A stretch of 64,000 bases of DNA from Centroscyllium fabricii (taxonomy: Eukaryota): contig JBNRSN020000470.1 of assembly GCA_051313645.2 (NCBI GenBank), forward strand, positions 248,001 through 312,000, written 5' to 3'. Below the pieces are notes generated by a model. The model searched no databases, was not told the DNA's origin, and saw only the letters and a list, made by a program, of their open reading frames with translations. How positions within the stretch are numbered: the first letter of the stretch is position 1; each line of letters starts with the position of its first letter. The translations under genes and the position numbers were made by a program. Shown here in pieces: positions 42,301 through 56,100 of this stretch.

Positions 42301-45191
42301 GGTACTGGCCTTGATAATACCCGCCGTACTGGGGATGATAATACCCGCGGTACTGGGGGAGATAATACCCGCCGTATTGGGGGAGATAATACCCGCCGTA
42401 TTGGGGGAGATAATACCCGCCGTATTGGGGGAGATAATACCCGCCGTATTGGGGGAGATAATACCCGCCGTATTGGGGGAGATAATACCCGCCGTATTGG
42501 GGGAGATAATACCCGCCGTATTGGGGGAGATAATACCCGCCGTATTGGGGGAGATAATACCCGCCGTATTGGGGGAGATAATACCCGCCGTATTGGGGGA
42601 GATAATACCCGCCGTATTGGGGGAGATAATACCCGCCGTATTGGGGGAGATAATACCCGCCGTATTGGGGGAGATAATACCCGCCGTATTGGGGGAGATA
42701 ATACCCGCCGTATTGGGGGAGATAATACCCGCCGTATTGGGGGAGATAATACCCGCCGTATTGGGGGAGATAATACCCGCCGTATTGGGGGAGATAATAC
42801 CCGCCGTATTGGGGGAGATAATACCCGCCGTATTGGGGGAGATAATACCCGCCGTATTGGGGGAGATAATACCCGCCGTACTGGGGGAGATAATACCTGC
42901 CGTACTGCGAGTGATAATACCTGCCGTACTGGGAATGGGAATACCTGCCGTACTGGGGGAGATAATACCCGCCGTACTGGGGAGATAATACCCACCGTAC
43001 TGGGGGAGATAATACCCGCCGTACTGGGGGAGATAATACCTGCCGTACTGGAGGCGATAATACCCGCCGTACTGTGGGAGATAATACCCGCCGTACTGGA
43101 GGAGATAATACCCGCCGTTCTGGGGATGATAATACCCGCCGTACTGGGGGAGATAATACCCGCCGTACTGGGGGAGATAATACCCGCCGTACTGGGGGAG
43201 ATAATACCCGCCGTACTGGGGGAGATAATACCCGCCGTACTGGGGGAGATAATACCCGCCGTACTGGGGGAGATAATACCCGCCGTACTGGGGGAGATAA
43301 TACCCGCCGTACTGGGGGAGATAATACCCGCCGTACTGGGGGAGATAATACCCGCCGTACTGGGGGAGATAATACCCGCCGTACTGGGGGAGATAATACC
43401 CGCCGTACTGGGGGAGATAATACCCGCCGTACTGGGGGAGATAATACCCGCCGTACTGGGGGAGATAATACCCGCCGTACTGGGGGAGATAATACCCGCC
43501 GTACTGGAGGAGATAATACCCGCCAAGTGGGGTGATAATACCTGCCGTATTGGGGGTGATGATACCCGCCGTACTGTGAGAGATAATACCCGCCGTACTG
43601 GGGGAGATAATACCTGCCGTACTGGGGGAGATAATACCTGCCGTTCTTGGGGAGATAATACCTCCCGTACTGGAGGCGATAATACCCGCCGTACTGTGAG
43701 AGATAATACCCGCCGTACTGGAGGAGATAATACCCGCCGTACTGGGAGTGATAATACCTGCTGTACTGGAGGAGATAATACCCGGCGTACTGGGGATGAT
43801 AATACCCGCCGTACTGGGGGAGATAATACCCGCCGTACTGGGGGAGATAATACCCGCCGTACTGGGGGAGATAATACCTGCCGTACTGGAGGCGATAATA
43901 CCCGTCGTACTGGAGGAGATAATACCCGCCGTTCTGGGGATGATAATACCCGCCGTACTGGGGGAGATAATACCCGCCGTACTGGGGGAGATAATACCTG
44001 CCGTACTGGGGGAGATAATACCCGCCGTACTGGGGGAGATAATACCCGCCGTACTGGGGGAGATAATACCCGCCGTACTGGGGGAGATAATACCCGCCGT
44101 ACTGGAGGGGATAATACCCGCCAAGTGGGGTGATAATACCTGCCGTGTTGGGGGTGATGATACCCGCCGTACTTGGGGTGATGATACCCGCCGTACTTGG
44201 GGAGATAATACCCGCCGTACTGGTGGAGATAATACCCGCAGTACTGTGGGAGATAATACCCGCCGTACTGGAGGAGATAATACCCGCCGTACTGGGAGTG
44301 ATAATACCTGCTGTACTGGAGGAGATAATAGCCGCCGTACTGGGGATGATAATACCCGCCGTACTGGGGGAGATAATACCCGCCGTACTGGGGGAGTTAA
44401 TACCTGCCGTACTGGAGGCGATAATACCCGCCGTACTGGAGGAGATAATACCCGCCGTACTGGAGGAGATAATACCCGCCGTCCTGGGAGTGATAATACC
44501 CGCCGTACTGGGGGAGATAATACCCGCCGTACTGGGGGAGATAATACCCGCCGTACTGGGGGAGATAATACCCGCCGTACTGGGGGAGATAATACCCGCC
44601 GTACTGGGGGAGATAATACCCGCCGTACTGGGGGAGATAATACCCGCCGTACTGGGGGAGATAATACCCGCCGTACTGGGGGAGATAATACCCGCCGTAC
44701 TGGGGGAGATAATACCCGCCGTACTGGGGGAGATAATACCCGCCGTACTGGGGGAGATAATACCCGCCGTACTGGGGGAGATAATACCCGCCGTACTGGG
44801 GGAGATAATACCCGCCGTACTGGGGGAGATAATACCCGCCGTACTGGGGGAGATAATACCCGCCGTACTGGAGGAGATAATACCCGCCAAGTGGGGTGAT
44901 AATACCTGCCGTACTGGGGGTGATAATACCTGCCGTACTGGGGTAGATAATACCCGCCGTACATGGGGTGATAATACCCGCCGTACTGGGGGGGATGATA
45001 CCCGCCGTACTGTGGGTGATGATACCTGCCGTACTAGGAGTGATGATACCTGACGTACTGGGGGAGATAATAGCCGTCGTACTGGGGGAGATAATAGCCG
45101 CCGTACTGGGGGTGATAATACCCGCCGTACTGGGGGAGATTATACCCGCCGTACTGGGAGAGATGATATCTGCCGTACTAAGGGTGATAAT

Positions 45192-45451
45192 GTGGAGGTG
45201 CCGGTGTTGGACTGGGGTGGACAAATGCAAGAAGTCACACAACACCAGATTTATAGTCCAACGGTTTTATTTTAAATCACAAGCTTCCGGAGCGCTGCTC
45301 CTTCCTCAGGTGGACAGACAGAAGAGACTGACTTAAAGATCACACATATCGGAGGAAGGGAGAAATCCGACCTCTTCCACATCTCACCCCAGCAGAGACT
45401 GAGAGCACACAAAGGCACATTAACATATTTTAACACCTCAGTCTGCGAGCA
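45192..45451 (-). mobile_element. 260-bp Penelope-like insert, copy 3
   Basis: Same sequence and junctions as copies 1 and 2 (offset 16080 from copy 2). Confidence 0.75.
45278..45312 (-). ncRNA. Minimal hammerhead ribozyme motif, degenerate, copy 3
   Basis: Same as 12169-12203. Confidence 0.7.
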
Positions 45452-48400
45452 ATGATACCCGTCGTACATGGGGTGATAATACCCGCCGTACTGGGAGTGA
45501 TAATACCTTCCGTACTGGGAGTGATAATACCTACCGTACTGGGAGAGATAATACCCGCCGTACTGTGGGAGATAATAACTGCCGTACTGTGGGAGATAAT
45601 AACTGCCGTACTGTGGGAGATAATACCCGCTGTACTGGGGGTGATAGTACCCGATGTACTGGGGGAGATAATACCCGCTGTACTGGGGGAGATAATACCC
45701 GCCGTACTGGGGGTGATAATACCTGCCGTACGGGGAGAAATAATGCCCGCCGTACTGGGGGAGATAATACTTGCCGTACGGGGGGAAATAATGCCCGCCG
45801 TACTGGGGGTGATAATACCTGCCGTACGGAGGGAAATAATGCTCGCCGTACTGGGGGAGATAATACCTGCCGTACGGGGGGAGATAATACCCGCCGTACG
45901 GGGGGAGATAATACCCGCCGTACGGGGGGAGATAATAGCCGCCGTACGGGGGGAGATAATACCCGCCGTACGGGGGGAGATAATACCCGCCGTACTGGGG
46001 GAGATAATACCTGCCGTTTGGGGGGAAATAATGCCCGCCGTACTGGGGGAGATAATACCCGACGTACTGGGTGAGATAATACCTGCTGTACTGGGCTAAT
46101 AATACCCGCCAAGCGGGGAAATATTACCTGCCGTACTTGGGGTGATAATACCCGCCGCAGTGGGGGAAATAATACCCGCCGTACTGGGGGAGATAATACC
46201 CGCCGTACTGGGGGAGATAATACCTGCCGTACTGGGGGAGATAATACCCGCCGTACTGGGAGAGATGATACCTGCCGTACTAAGGGTGATAATACCTACC
46301 GTACTGGGAGAGATAATACCTGCCGTACTGTGGGAGATAATAACTGCCGTACTGTGGGAGATAATAACTGCCGTACTGGGGCAGATAACACCCGCCGTAC
46401 TGCGTGAGATAATACCCGCCGTACTGGGGGAGATAATACCCGCCGTACTGGGGGAGATAATAGTCGCCGTACTGGGGGAGATAATAGTCGCCGTACTGGG
46501 GGAGATAATACCCGCCGTACTGGGGGAGATAATACCCGCCGTACTGGGGGAGATAATACCCGCCGTACTGGGGGAGATAATACCCGCCGTACTGGGGGAG
46601 ATAATACCCGCCGTACTGGGGGAGATAATACCCGATGTACTGGGGGAGATAATATCCGCCGTACTGGGGGAGATAATACCCGCCGTACTGGGGCTGATAA
46701 TACCTGCCGTACGGGGAGAAATAATGCCCGCCGTACGGGGTGAGATAATAACCGCCGTACTGGGGGAGATAATACCCGCCGTACTGGGGGAGATAATACC
46801 CGCTGTACTGGGGAGATAATACCCGCCGTACTGGGGGAGATAATACCCGCCGTACTGGGGGAGATAATACCCGCCGTACTGGGGGAGATAATACCCGCCG
46901 TACTGGGGGAGATAATACCCGCCGTACTGGGGAGATAATACCCGCCGTACTGGGGCAGATAATACCCGCCGCACTGGGGGGTGATAATACCAGCCGTACT
47001 GGGGGATGTAATACCAGCCGTACTCGGGGAAATAATGCCCGCCGTACTGGGGGAGATAATACCCGCCGTACTGGGGGAGATAATACCTTCCGTACTGGAA
47101 GAGATAATACCTGCCATAATGGGGCTGATAATACCCTCCGTACTGGGGGTGATAATAACCGCCGTAGTGGGGGAGATAATACCCGCCGAACTGGGGGAGA
47201 TAATACCCGCTGTACTGGGGGTGATAGTACCCGATGTACTGAGGGAGATAATACCCGCTGTACTGGGGGAGATAATACCCGCCGTACTGGGGGTGATAAT
47301 ACCTGCCGTACGGGGAGAAATAATACCCGCCGTAGTGGGGGAGATAATACCTTCCATACTGGAAGAGATAATACCTGCCATAATGGGGCTGATAATACCT
47401 GCCATACTGGGGGTGATAATTCCCGCCGTACTGGGGGTGATGATACCCGCCGTACTGGGGGAGATGATACCCGCCGTAGTGGGGGAGATAATAACCGCCG
47501 TACTGGGAGTGATAATACCTACCGTACTGGGGGAGATAATACATGCCGTACTGGGGGAGATAATACATGCCGTACTGGGGGAGATAATACATGCCGTACT
47601 GGGGGAGATAATACCTGCCGTACTGGGGGAGATACTACTCGCCGTACTGGGGGAGATAATACTCGCCGTACTGGGGGTGATAATACCTGACGTTGTGGGG
47701 GAGATAATACCCGACGTACTGGGGGTGATGATACCTGACATTCCGGTGGAGATAATATCTGCCGATCTGGGGGTGATATTACCTGATGCACTGGGGGTGA
47801 TACTACCTGCCGTACTGGGGGAGATAATACCCGCCGTACTGGGGGTGATAATACCTAATGATTTGGGGTTGATAATACCCGCTGTCCTGGGAGTGACAAT
47901 ACCCGCCGTACTGGGGGTGATAATACCTGCCGTACTGGGGGTGATAATACCCGCCGTACTGGGAGTGATAATACCTACCATATTGGAAGATATAATACTT
48001 GCCGTAATGGGGGTGATAATACCTGCCGTACTGGGGGTGATAATACCCGCCGTACTGGGGGTGATAATACCCGCCGTACTGGGGGTGATAATACCCGCCA
48101 TACTGGGGGTGATAATACCAGCCGCACCGGGGGTGATAATACCTGCCCTACTGGGGGAGACAATATCTTCCGTACTGGGTGTGATAATCGCTGCCGTACT
48201 GGGACAGAAAATACCTGCCGTATTGGGGGTGATAATACCTGCCATACTGGGGGAGATACTACCCACCGTTCTGGGGGAGATAATACCCGCCATACTGGGG
48301 GAGATTATACCCGCCGTACTGGGGGAGATAATACCTGCTGTACTGGGGGTGATCATACCTGCTGTACTGGGGGAGATAATACCCGCCATAGTGGGGGAGA

Positions 48401-48626
48401 TAATACCAGCCGTACTGGGGCAGATAATACCTGCCGTACTCTGGGTGATAATACCTGACGTTCTGGGGGAGATAATACCCGCCGTACTGGGGGAGATAAT
48501 ACCCGCCGTACTGGGGGAGATAATATCCGCCGTACTGGGGGAGTTAATACATGCCGTATTGGGAGTGATAATACCTGACGTACTGGGGGAGATAATATCC
48601 GCCGTACTGGGGGTGATAATACCTGA

Positions 48627-48956
48627 TTCAATTCAATTCAATTCAATTCAATTCAATTCAATTCAATTCAAGTTTTATTGCCATTGCAGAGTACTAGTAC
48701 AATACAACGAGACGAAGACTCGACTCTCCCGAGAGTAGTGCAAATAAAATAAATAAATTACATGCAAAATGCATACAGTAGAGTACATTATCAGGTGTGC
48801 AGGTACCGGAGTTTATTTTTAGAGTTCAGGAGGGTGACAGCCCTGGGGAAGAAGCTGTTCTGAAATCTAGTCGTGCGGTGCAAATTGCTCTGTAGCGTCT
48901 CCCGGAGGGCAGGCGGGCGAACAGACTGTGGCTTGCGTGTGTGGGGTCTTTAATAA
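48627..48956 (-). mobile_element. 5'-truncated Rex1/Babar-clade LINE 3' end, copy 2
   Basis: Same as 32975-33304, including the (TTCAA)9 length, frameshift and junctions (offset 15652). Confidence 0.88.
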
Positions 48957-51900
48957 TGTACTGGGAGTGATAATACCCACCGTACTGGGGGAGTTAATAC
49001 CCAACGTACTGGGGGAGATAATACCTGCTGTACTGGGGGAGATAATACCCGCCGTGCTGGGGGAGATAATATCCGCCGTACTGGGGGAGATAATACCCGC
49101 CGTACTGGGGGTGATAATACCCGCCGTACTGGGGGTGATAAAACCTGCCGTACGGGGAGAAATAATGCCCGCCGTACTGGGGGAGATAATACCTGCCGTA
49201 CGGGGGGGAAATAATGCCCGCCGTACTGGGGGTGATAATACCTGCCGTACGGGGGGAACTAATGCTCGCCGTACTGGGGGTGATAATACCTGCCATACTG
49301 GGGGAGATAATACCTGCCGTACGGGTGGAGATAATACCCGACGTACTGGGTGAGATAATACCTGCTGTACTGGGTGAATAATACCCGCCAAGCGGGGATA
49401 TAATACCTGCCGTACTTGGGGTGATCATACCCGCCGTACCTGCCGTACTGGGGGTGATAATACCCACCGTACTGTGGGAGATAATACCCGCCGTACTGGG
49501 GGGAGATAATACCCTCCGTAGTGGGGGAGATAATAACCGCCGTACTGGAGGAGATAATACCCGCCGTACTGGGGGTGATAATACCCGCCGTACTGGGGGG
49601 AGATAATACCCTCCGTAGTGGGGGAGATAATAACCGCCGTACTGGAGGAGATAATACCCGCCGTACTGGGGGAGATAATATCCGCCGTAGTGGGGGTGAT
49701 GATACCTGCCGTACTGTAGGTGATAATACCCGCCGTACTGGGGTAGATAATACCCGCCGTACATGGGGTGATAATACCCGCCGTACTGGGGAGATAATAC
49801 CCGTGGTACTGTGGGAGATAATATCCGACGTACTGGGGGTGGTAATACCTGATGTACTGGGGGTGATAATACCTGCCGTACTAGGGGTGATAATACCTGA
49901 CCTGTGGGGGAGATAATACCCGACGTACTGGGGGTGATGATACCTGACGTTCCGGGGGAGACAATATCTGCCGATCTGGGGGTGATATTACCTGATGCAC
50001 TGGGGGTGATATTACCTGCCGTACTGGGGGAGATAATACCCGCCGTACTGGGGGTGATAATTGATGATTTGGGGGTGATAATACCCGCTGTACTGGGAGT
50101 GACAATACCCGCCGTACTGGGGGTGATAATACCTGATGTATTGGAAGATATAATACCTGCCGTAATGGGGGTGATAATACCTGCCGTACTGGGGGTGATA
50201 ATACCCGCCGTACTGGGGGTGATAATACCCGCCGTACTGGGGGTGATAATACCTGCCGTACTGGGGGTGATAATACCCGCCGTACTGGGGGTGATAATAC
50301 CAGCCGTACCGGGGGTGAGAAAACCCGCCCTACTGGGGGAGACAATATCTTCCGTACTGGGACAGAAAATACCTGTCGTATTGGGGGTGATAATACCCGC
50401 CATACTTGGGGAGATACTACCCACCGTTCTGGGGGAGATAATACCCGCCATACTGGGGGAGATTATACCCGCCGTACTGGGGGAGATAATACCTGCTGTA
50501 CTGGGGGAGATCATACCTGCTGTACTGGGGGAGATAATACCTGCTGTACTCTGGGAGATAATACCCGCCGTACTGGGGGAGATAGTACCTGCCGTACTGG
50601 GGGGGATCCTACCCGCCATAGTGGGGGAGGTAATACCTGCCGTACTCTGGGTGATAATACCTGACGTACTGGGGGAGATAATACCCGCCGTACTGGGGGA
50701 GGTAATACCCGCCGTACTGGGGGAGATAATACCCGCCGTACTGGGGGAGATAATACCCGCCGTACTGGGGGAGATAATACATGCCGTATTGGGAGTGATA
50801 ATACCTGACGTACTGGGTGAGATAATATCCAACGTACTGGGGGAGATAATACCTGCTGTACTGGGGTAGATAAAACCCGCCGTACTTGGGGAGATAATAC
50901 CCGCCATACTGGGGGAGATAATACTCGCCGTACTGGGGGAGATAATACTCGCCGTACTGGGGGTGAAAATACCCGCCGTACTGGGGGAGATAATACCCGC
51001 CGTACTGGGGGAGATAATACCCGCCGGTCTAGGAGTGATAATACCCGCCGGTCTAGGAGTGATAATACCTGATGTATTGGGGGTGATAATACCCGACGTA
51101 TTGGAGGTGATAATATCTGCCGGTCTGGGGGTGATGATACCCGCCGTACTGGGCGAGATGATACCAGCCGTACTGGTGTAGATAATACCTTCCGTAGTGG
51201 GGGTGATAATACCCGCCGTAGTGGGGGTGATAATACCCGCCGTAGTGGGGGTGATAATACCCGCCGTAGTGGGGGTGATAATACCCGCCGTAGTGGGGGT
51301 GATAATACCCGCCGTACTGGGGGTGATAATACCCGCCGTACTGGGAGTGATAATACCCGCCGTACTGGGGCTGATAATACCAGCCGTACTGGGGGTGATA
51401 ATACCCGCCGTACTGGGGGTGATAATACCCGCCGTACTGGGGGTGATAATACCTGCCGTAATGGGGGTGATAATACCTGCCGTACTGGGGCTGATAATAC
51501 CAGCAGTACTGGGGGTGATAATACCCGCCATACTGGGGGTGATAATATCTTCCGTTAAGTGATAAAAGCTGCCGTACTGGGACAGAAAATAACTGCCGTA
51601 CTGGGGGTGATAATACCCGCCATACTGGGGGAGATACTACCCGCCGTACTGGGGGAGATAATACCCGCCATACTGTGGGAGATAATACCTGCCGTACTGG
51701 GGGAGATAATACCTGTTGTACTGGGGGAGATAATACCTGCTGTACTGGGGGAGATAATACCCGCCGTACTGGGGGAGATAATACCCGCCGTACTGGGGGA
51801 GATAATACCTGCCGTACTGGGGGAGATAATACCTGACTTACTGGGGGAGACAGTACCTGCTGTACTGGGGGAGATAATACCTGCCGTACTGGGGGAGATA

Positions 51901-53189
51901 ATACTCGCCGTACTGGGTGAGATAATACCCGCCGTACTGGGGGAGATAATACCCGCCGTACTGGGGGAGATACTATCCGCCGTAGTGGGGGTGATGATAC
52001 CTGCCGTACTGTAGGTGATAATAGCCGCCGTACTGGGGTAGATAATACCCGCCATACATGGGGTGATAATACCCGCCGTACTTGGGAGATAATACCCGCC
52101 GTACTGGGGGAGATAATATCCGCCGTACTGGGAGTGATGATACCTACCATATTGGAAGAGATAATACCTTCCGTAATTGGGGTGATAATACCTGCCGTAC
52201 TGGGGGTGATAATACCCGCCGTAGTGGGGGTGATAATACCCGCCGTCATGGGGGTGATAATACCCGCCGTACTGGTGGTGATAATGCCTTCCGTACTGGG
52301 AGTGATAATACCTGCCGTACTGGGGGTGATAATACCCGCCGTACTGGGGGTGATAATATCTTCCGTTAAGTGATAATAGCTGCCGTACTGGGACAGAAAA
52401 TACCTGCCGTACTGGGGGTGAGAATACCCACCATACTGGGGGAGATACTACCCGCCATACTGTGGGAGATAATACCTGCCGTACTGGGGGAGATAATACC
52501 TGTTGTACTGGGGGAGATAATACCCGCCGTACTGGGGGAGATAATACCCGCCGTACTGGGGGAGATAATACCCGCCGTACTGGGGGAGATAATACCTGCC
52601 GTACTGGGGGAGATAATACCTGTTGTACTGGGGGAGATAATACCTGCCGTACTGGGGGAGATGATACCTGCCGTACTGGGGGAGATCATACCCGCCGTAC
52701 TGGGGGAGATAATACCCGCTGTACTGGGGGAGATAATACCCGCCGTACTGGGTGTGATAATACCTGACTTACTGGGGGAGATAATACCCGCCGTACTGGG
52801 GGAGATAATACCCGCCGTACTGGGGGAGATAATACCCGCCTTACTTTGGGAGATAATACCTTCCGTACTGGGGGAGATAATACCTGTTGTACTGGGGGAG
52901 ATAATACCTGACGTACTGGGGGAGATAGTACCTGCAGTACTGGGGGAGATAATACTCGCCGTACTGGGTGAGATAATAGCCGCCGTACTGGGGGAGATAC
53001 TACCCGCCGTTCTGGGGGAGATAATACCCGCCGTACTGGGGGAGATACTATCCGTCGTAGTGGGGGTGATGATACCTGCCGTACTGTAGGTGATAATACC
53101 CGCCGTACTGGGGTAGACAATACCCGCCGTACATGGGGTGATAATACCCGCCGTACTTGGGAGATAATACCCGCCGTACTTGGGAGATA

Positions 53190-56100
53190 ATACCCGCCGT
53201 ACTGGGGGTGATAATACCTGCCGTACTGGGGGTGATAATACCTGCCGTACTGGGAGTTATAATACCTGACGTACTGGGGGAGATAATACCCGCCGTACTG
53301 GGGGAGATAATACCCGCCGTACTGGGGGAGATAATACCCGCCGTACTGGGGGAGATAATACCCACCGTACTGGGGGTGATAATATCTCACATACTGGGGG
53401 AGATAATACCCGCCGTACTGGGATTATTGATAACCGCCGTACTGGGCGTGATAATACCTACCGTACTGGGAAAGATAATACCTGCCGTACTGGGGAAGAT
53501 AATACCTGCCGTACTGGGGGAGATAATACCTGCCGTACTGGGGGAGATAATACCCGCCGTACTGGGTGAGATAATACCCGCCGTACTGGGGGAGATAATA
53601 CCCGCCGTACTGGAGGAGATGATATCCGCCGTAGTGGGGGTGATGATACCTGCCGTACTGGGGTTGATAATACCCGCCGTACTAGGGTAGATAATACCTG
53701 CCGTACATGGGGTGATAATACCCGCCGTACTGGGGGAGATAATACCCGCCGTACTGGGGGAGATAATACCCGCCGTACTGGGGGTGGTAATACCTGATGT
53801 AGTGGGGGTGATAATACCTGCCGTACTGGGAGTGATAATACCTGCCGTGCTGGGAGTGATAATACCTGCCGTACTGGGGGAGATAATACCCGCTGATTTG
53901 GGGGTGACAATACCCGCCGTACTGGGGGTGATAATACCTGATGTATTGGGAGTGATAATACCCGCCGTACTGGGGGTGATAATACCTGCCGTACTTGGGG
54001 TGATAAAACCCGCCGTACTGGGGGAGATAATACCCGCAGTACTGGGGGAGATAATACCCGCCGTACTTGGGAGATAATACCCGCCGTACTGGGGGTGATA
54101 ATACCTGCCGTACTGGGGGTGATAATACCTGCCGTACTGGGAGTTATAATACCTGACGTACTGGGGGAGATAATACCCGCCGTACTGGGGGTGATAATAT
54201 CTCACATACTGGGGGAGATAATACCCGCCGTACTGGGATTATTGATAACCGCCGTACTGGGCGTGATAATACCTACCGTACTGGGAAAGATAATACCTGC
54301 CGTACTGGGGAAGATAATACCTGCCGTACTGGGGGAGATAATACCCGCCGTACTGGGGGAGATAATACCCGCCGTACTGGGTGAGATAATACCCGCCGTA
54401 CTGGAGGAGATAATATCCGCCGTAGTGGGGGTGATGATACCTGCCGTACTGGGGTTGATAATACCCGCCGTACTAGGGTAGATAATACCTGCCGTACATG
54501 GGGTGATAATACCCGCCGTACTGGGGGAGATAATACCCGCCGTACTGGGGGAGATAATACCCGCCGTACTGGGGGTGGTAATACCTGATGTAGTGGGGGT
54601 GATAATACCTGCCGTACTGGGAGTGATAATACCTGCCGTACTGGGAGTGATAATACCTGCCGTACTGGGGGAGATAATACCCGCTGATTTGGGGGTGACA
54701 ATACCCGCCGTACTGGGGGTGATAATACCTGATGTATTGGGAGTGATAATACCCGCCGTACTGGGGGTGATAATACCTGCCGTACTTGGGGTGATAAAAC
54801 CCGCCGTACTGGGGGAGATAATACCCGCAGTACTGGGGGAGATAATATCCGCCGTACTGGGGGAGATAATACCCGCCGTACTGGGGGAGATAATACCCGC
54901 CGTACTGCGGGTGATAATACCCACCGTACTGGGGGTGATAATACCTCACGTACTGGGGGAGATAATACCCGCCGTACTGAGGTTGATAAAACCGCCGTAC
55001 TGGGAGTGATAATACCTACCGTACTGGGAAAGATAATACCTGCCATACTGGGGGAGATAATACCTGCCGTACTGGGTGAGATAATACTCGCCGTACTGAG
55101 GGAGATAATACCCGCCGTACTGGGGGAGATAATACCCGCCGTACTGGAGGAGATAATACCCGCCGTGCTGGGGGAGATACTATCCGCCGTACATGGGGTG
55201 ATAATACCCGCCGTACTTGGGAGATAATACCCGCCGTACTGGGGGTGGTAATACCTGCCGTACTGGGAGTTATAATACCTGACGTAGTGGGGGAGATAAT
55301 AACCGACGTACTGGGAGTTATAATACCTGACGTAGTGGGGGAGATAATAACCGACGTACTGGGGGTGATGATACCTGACGTTCCAGGGGAGATAATATCT
55401 GCCGATCTGGGGGTGATAATACCTGATGCACTGGGGGTGATACTACCTGCCGTACTGGGGGAGATAATAACCGCCGTACTGGGGGTGATGATACCTGTTG
55501 ATTTGCGGGTGATAATACCCGCCGTACTGGGGGTGACAATACCTGATGTATTGGGAGTGATAATACCCGCCGTACTGGGGGTGATAATACCCGCCGTACT
55601 GGGCGAGATGATACCTGCTGTACTAAGGGTGATAATACCCGCCGTACTGGGGGAGATAATACCTTCCGTACTGGGAGTGATAATACGTGCCATATTGGAA
55701 GAGATAATACCTGCCGTAATGGGGGTGATTATACCCGCCCTACTGGGGGAGACAATATCTTCTGTACTGGGTGTGATAATAGCTGCCGTACTGGGACAGA
55801 AAATACCTGCCGTACTGGGGGTGATAATACCCGCCATACTGGGGGAGATAATAGCTGCCATACTGGGGGAGATACTACCCACCGTTCTGGGGGAGATTAT
55901 ACCCGCCGTACTGGGGGAGATAATACCTGCTGTACTGGGAGAAATAATACCCGCCGTACTGGGGGAGATAATACCGGCCGTACTGGGGGAGATAATACCT
56001 GCTGTACTGGGGGAGATAATACCGGCCGTGCTGGGGGTGATAATACCCGCCGTACTGGGGGAGATAAAACCTGCCGTACTGGGGGAGATAATACCCGCCG

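Larger units (their letters stand above)
36945..52117. repeat. Large segmental duplication within the array, copy 2 (~15.2 kb)
   Basis: The offset to copy 1 changes from 13824 to 16080 to 15985 to 15652 through internal expansions and deletions. Similarity ends at about 36467/52117. Confidence 0.9.

Noticed and set aside
12083-48956. Site-specific repeated targeting of the satellite by retroelements
   Set aside because: Copies share identical truncation points, junctions and kilobases of flanking variant order, so they arose by duplication rather than independent insertion.
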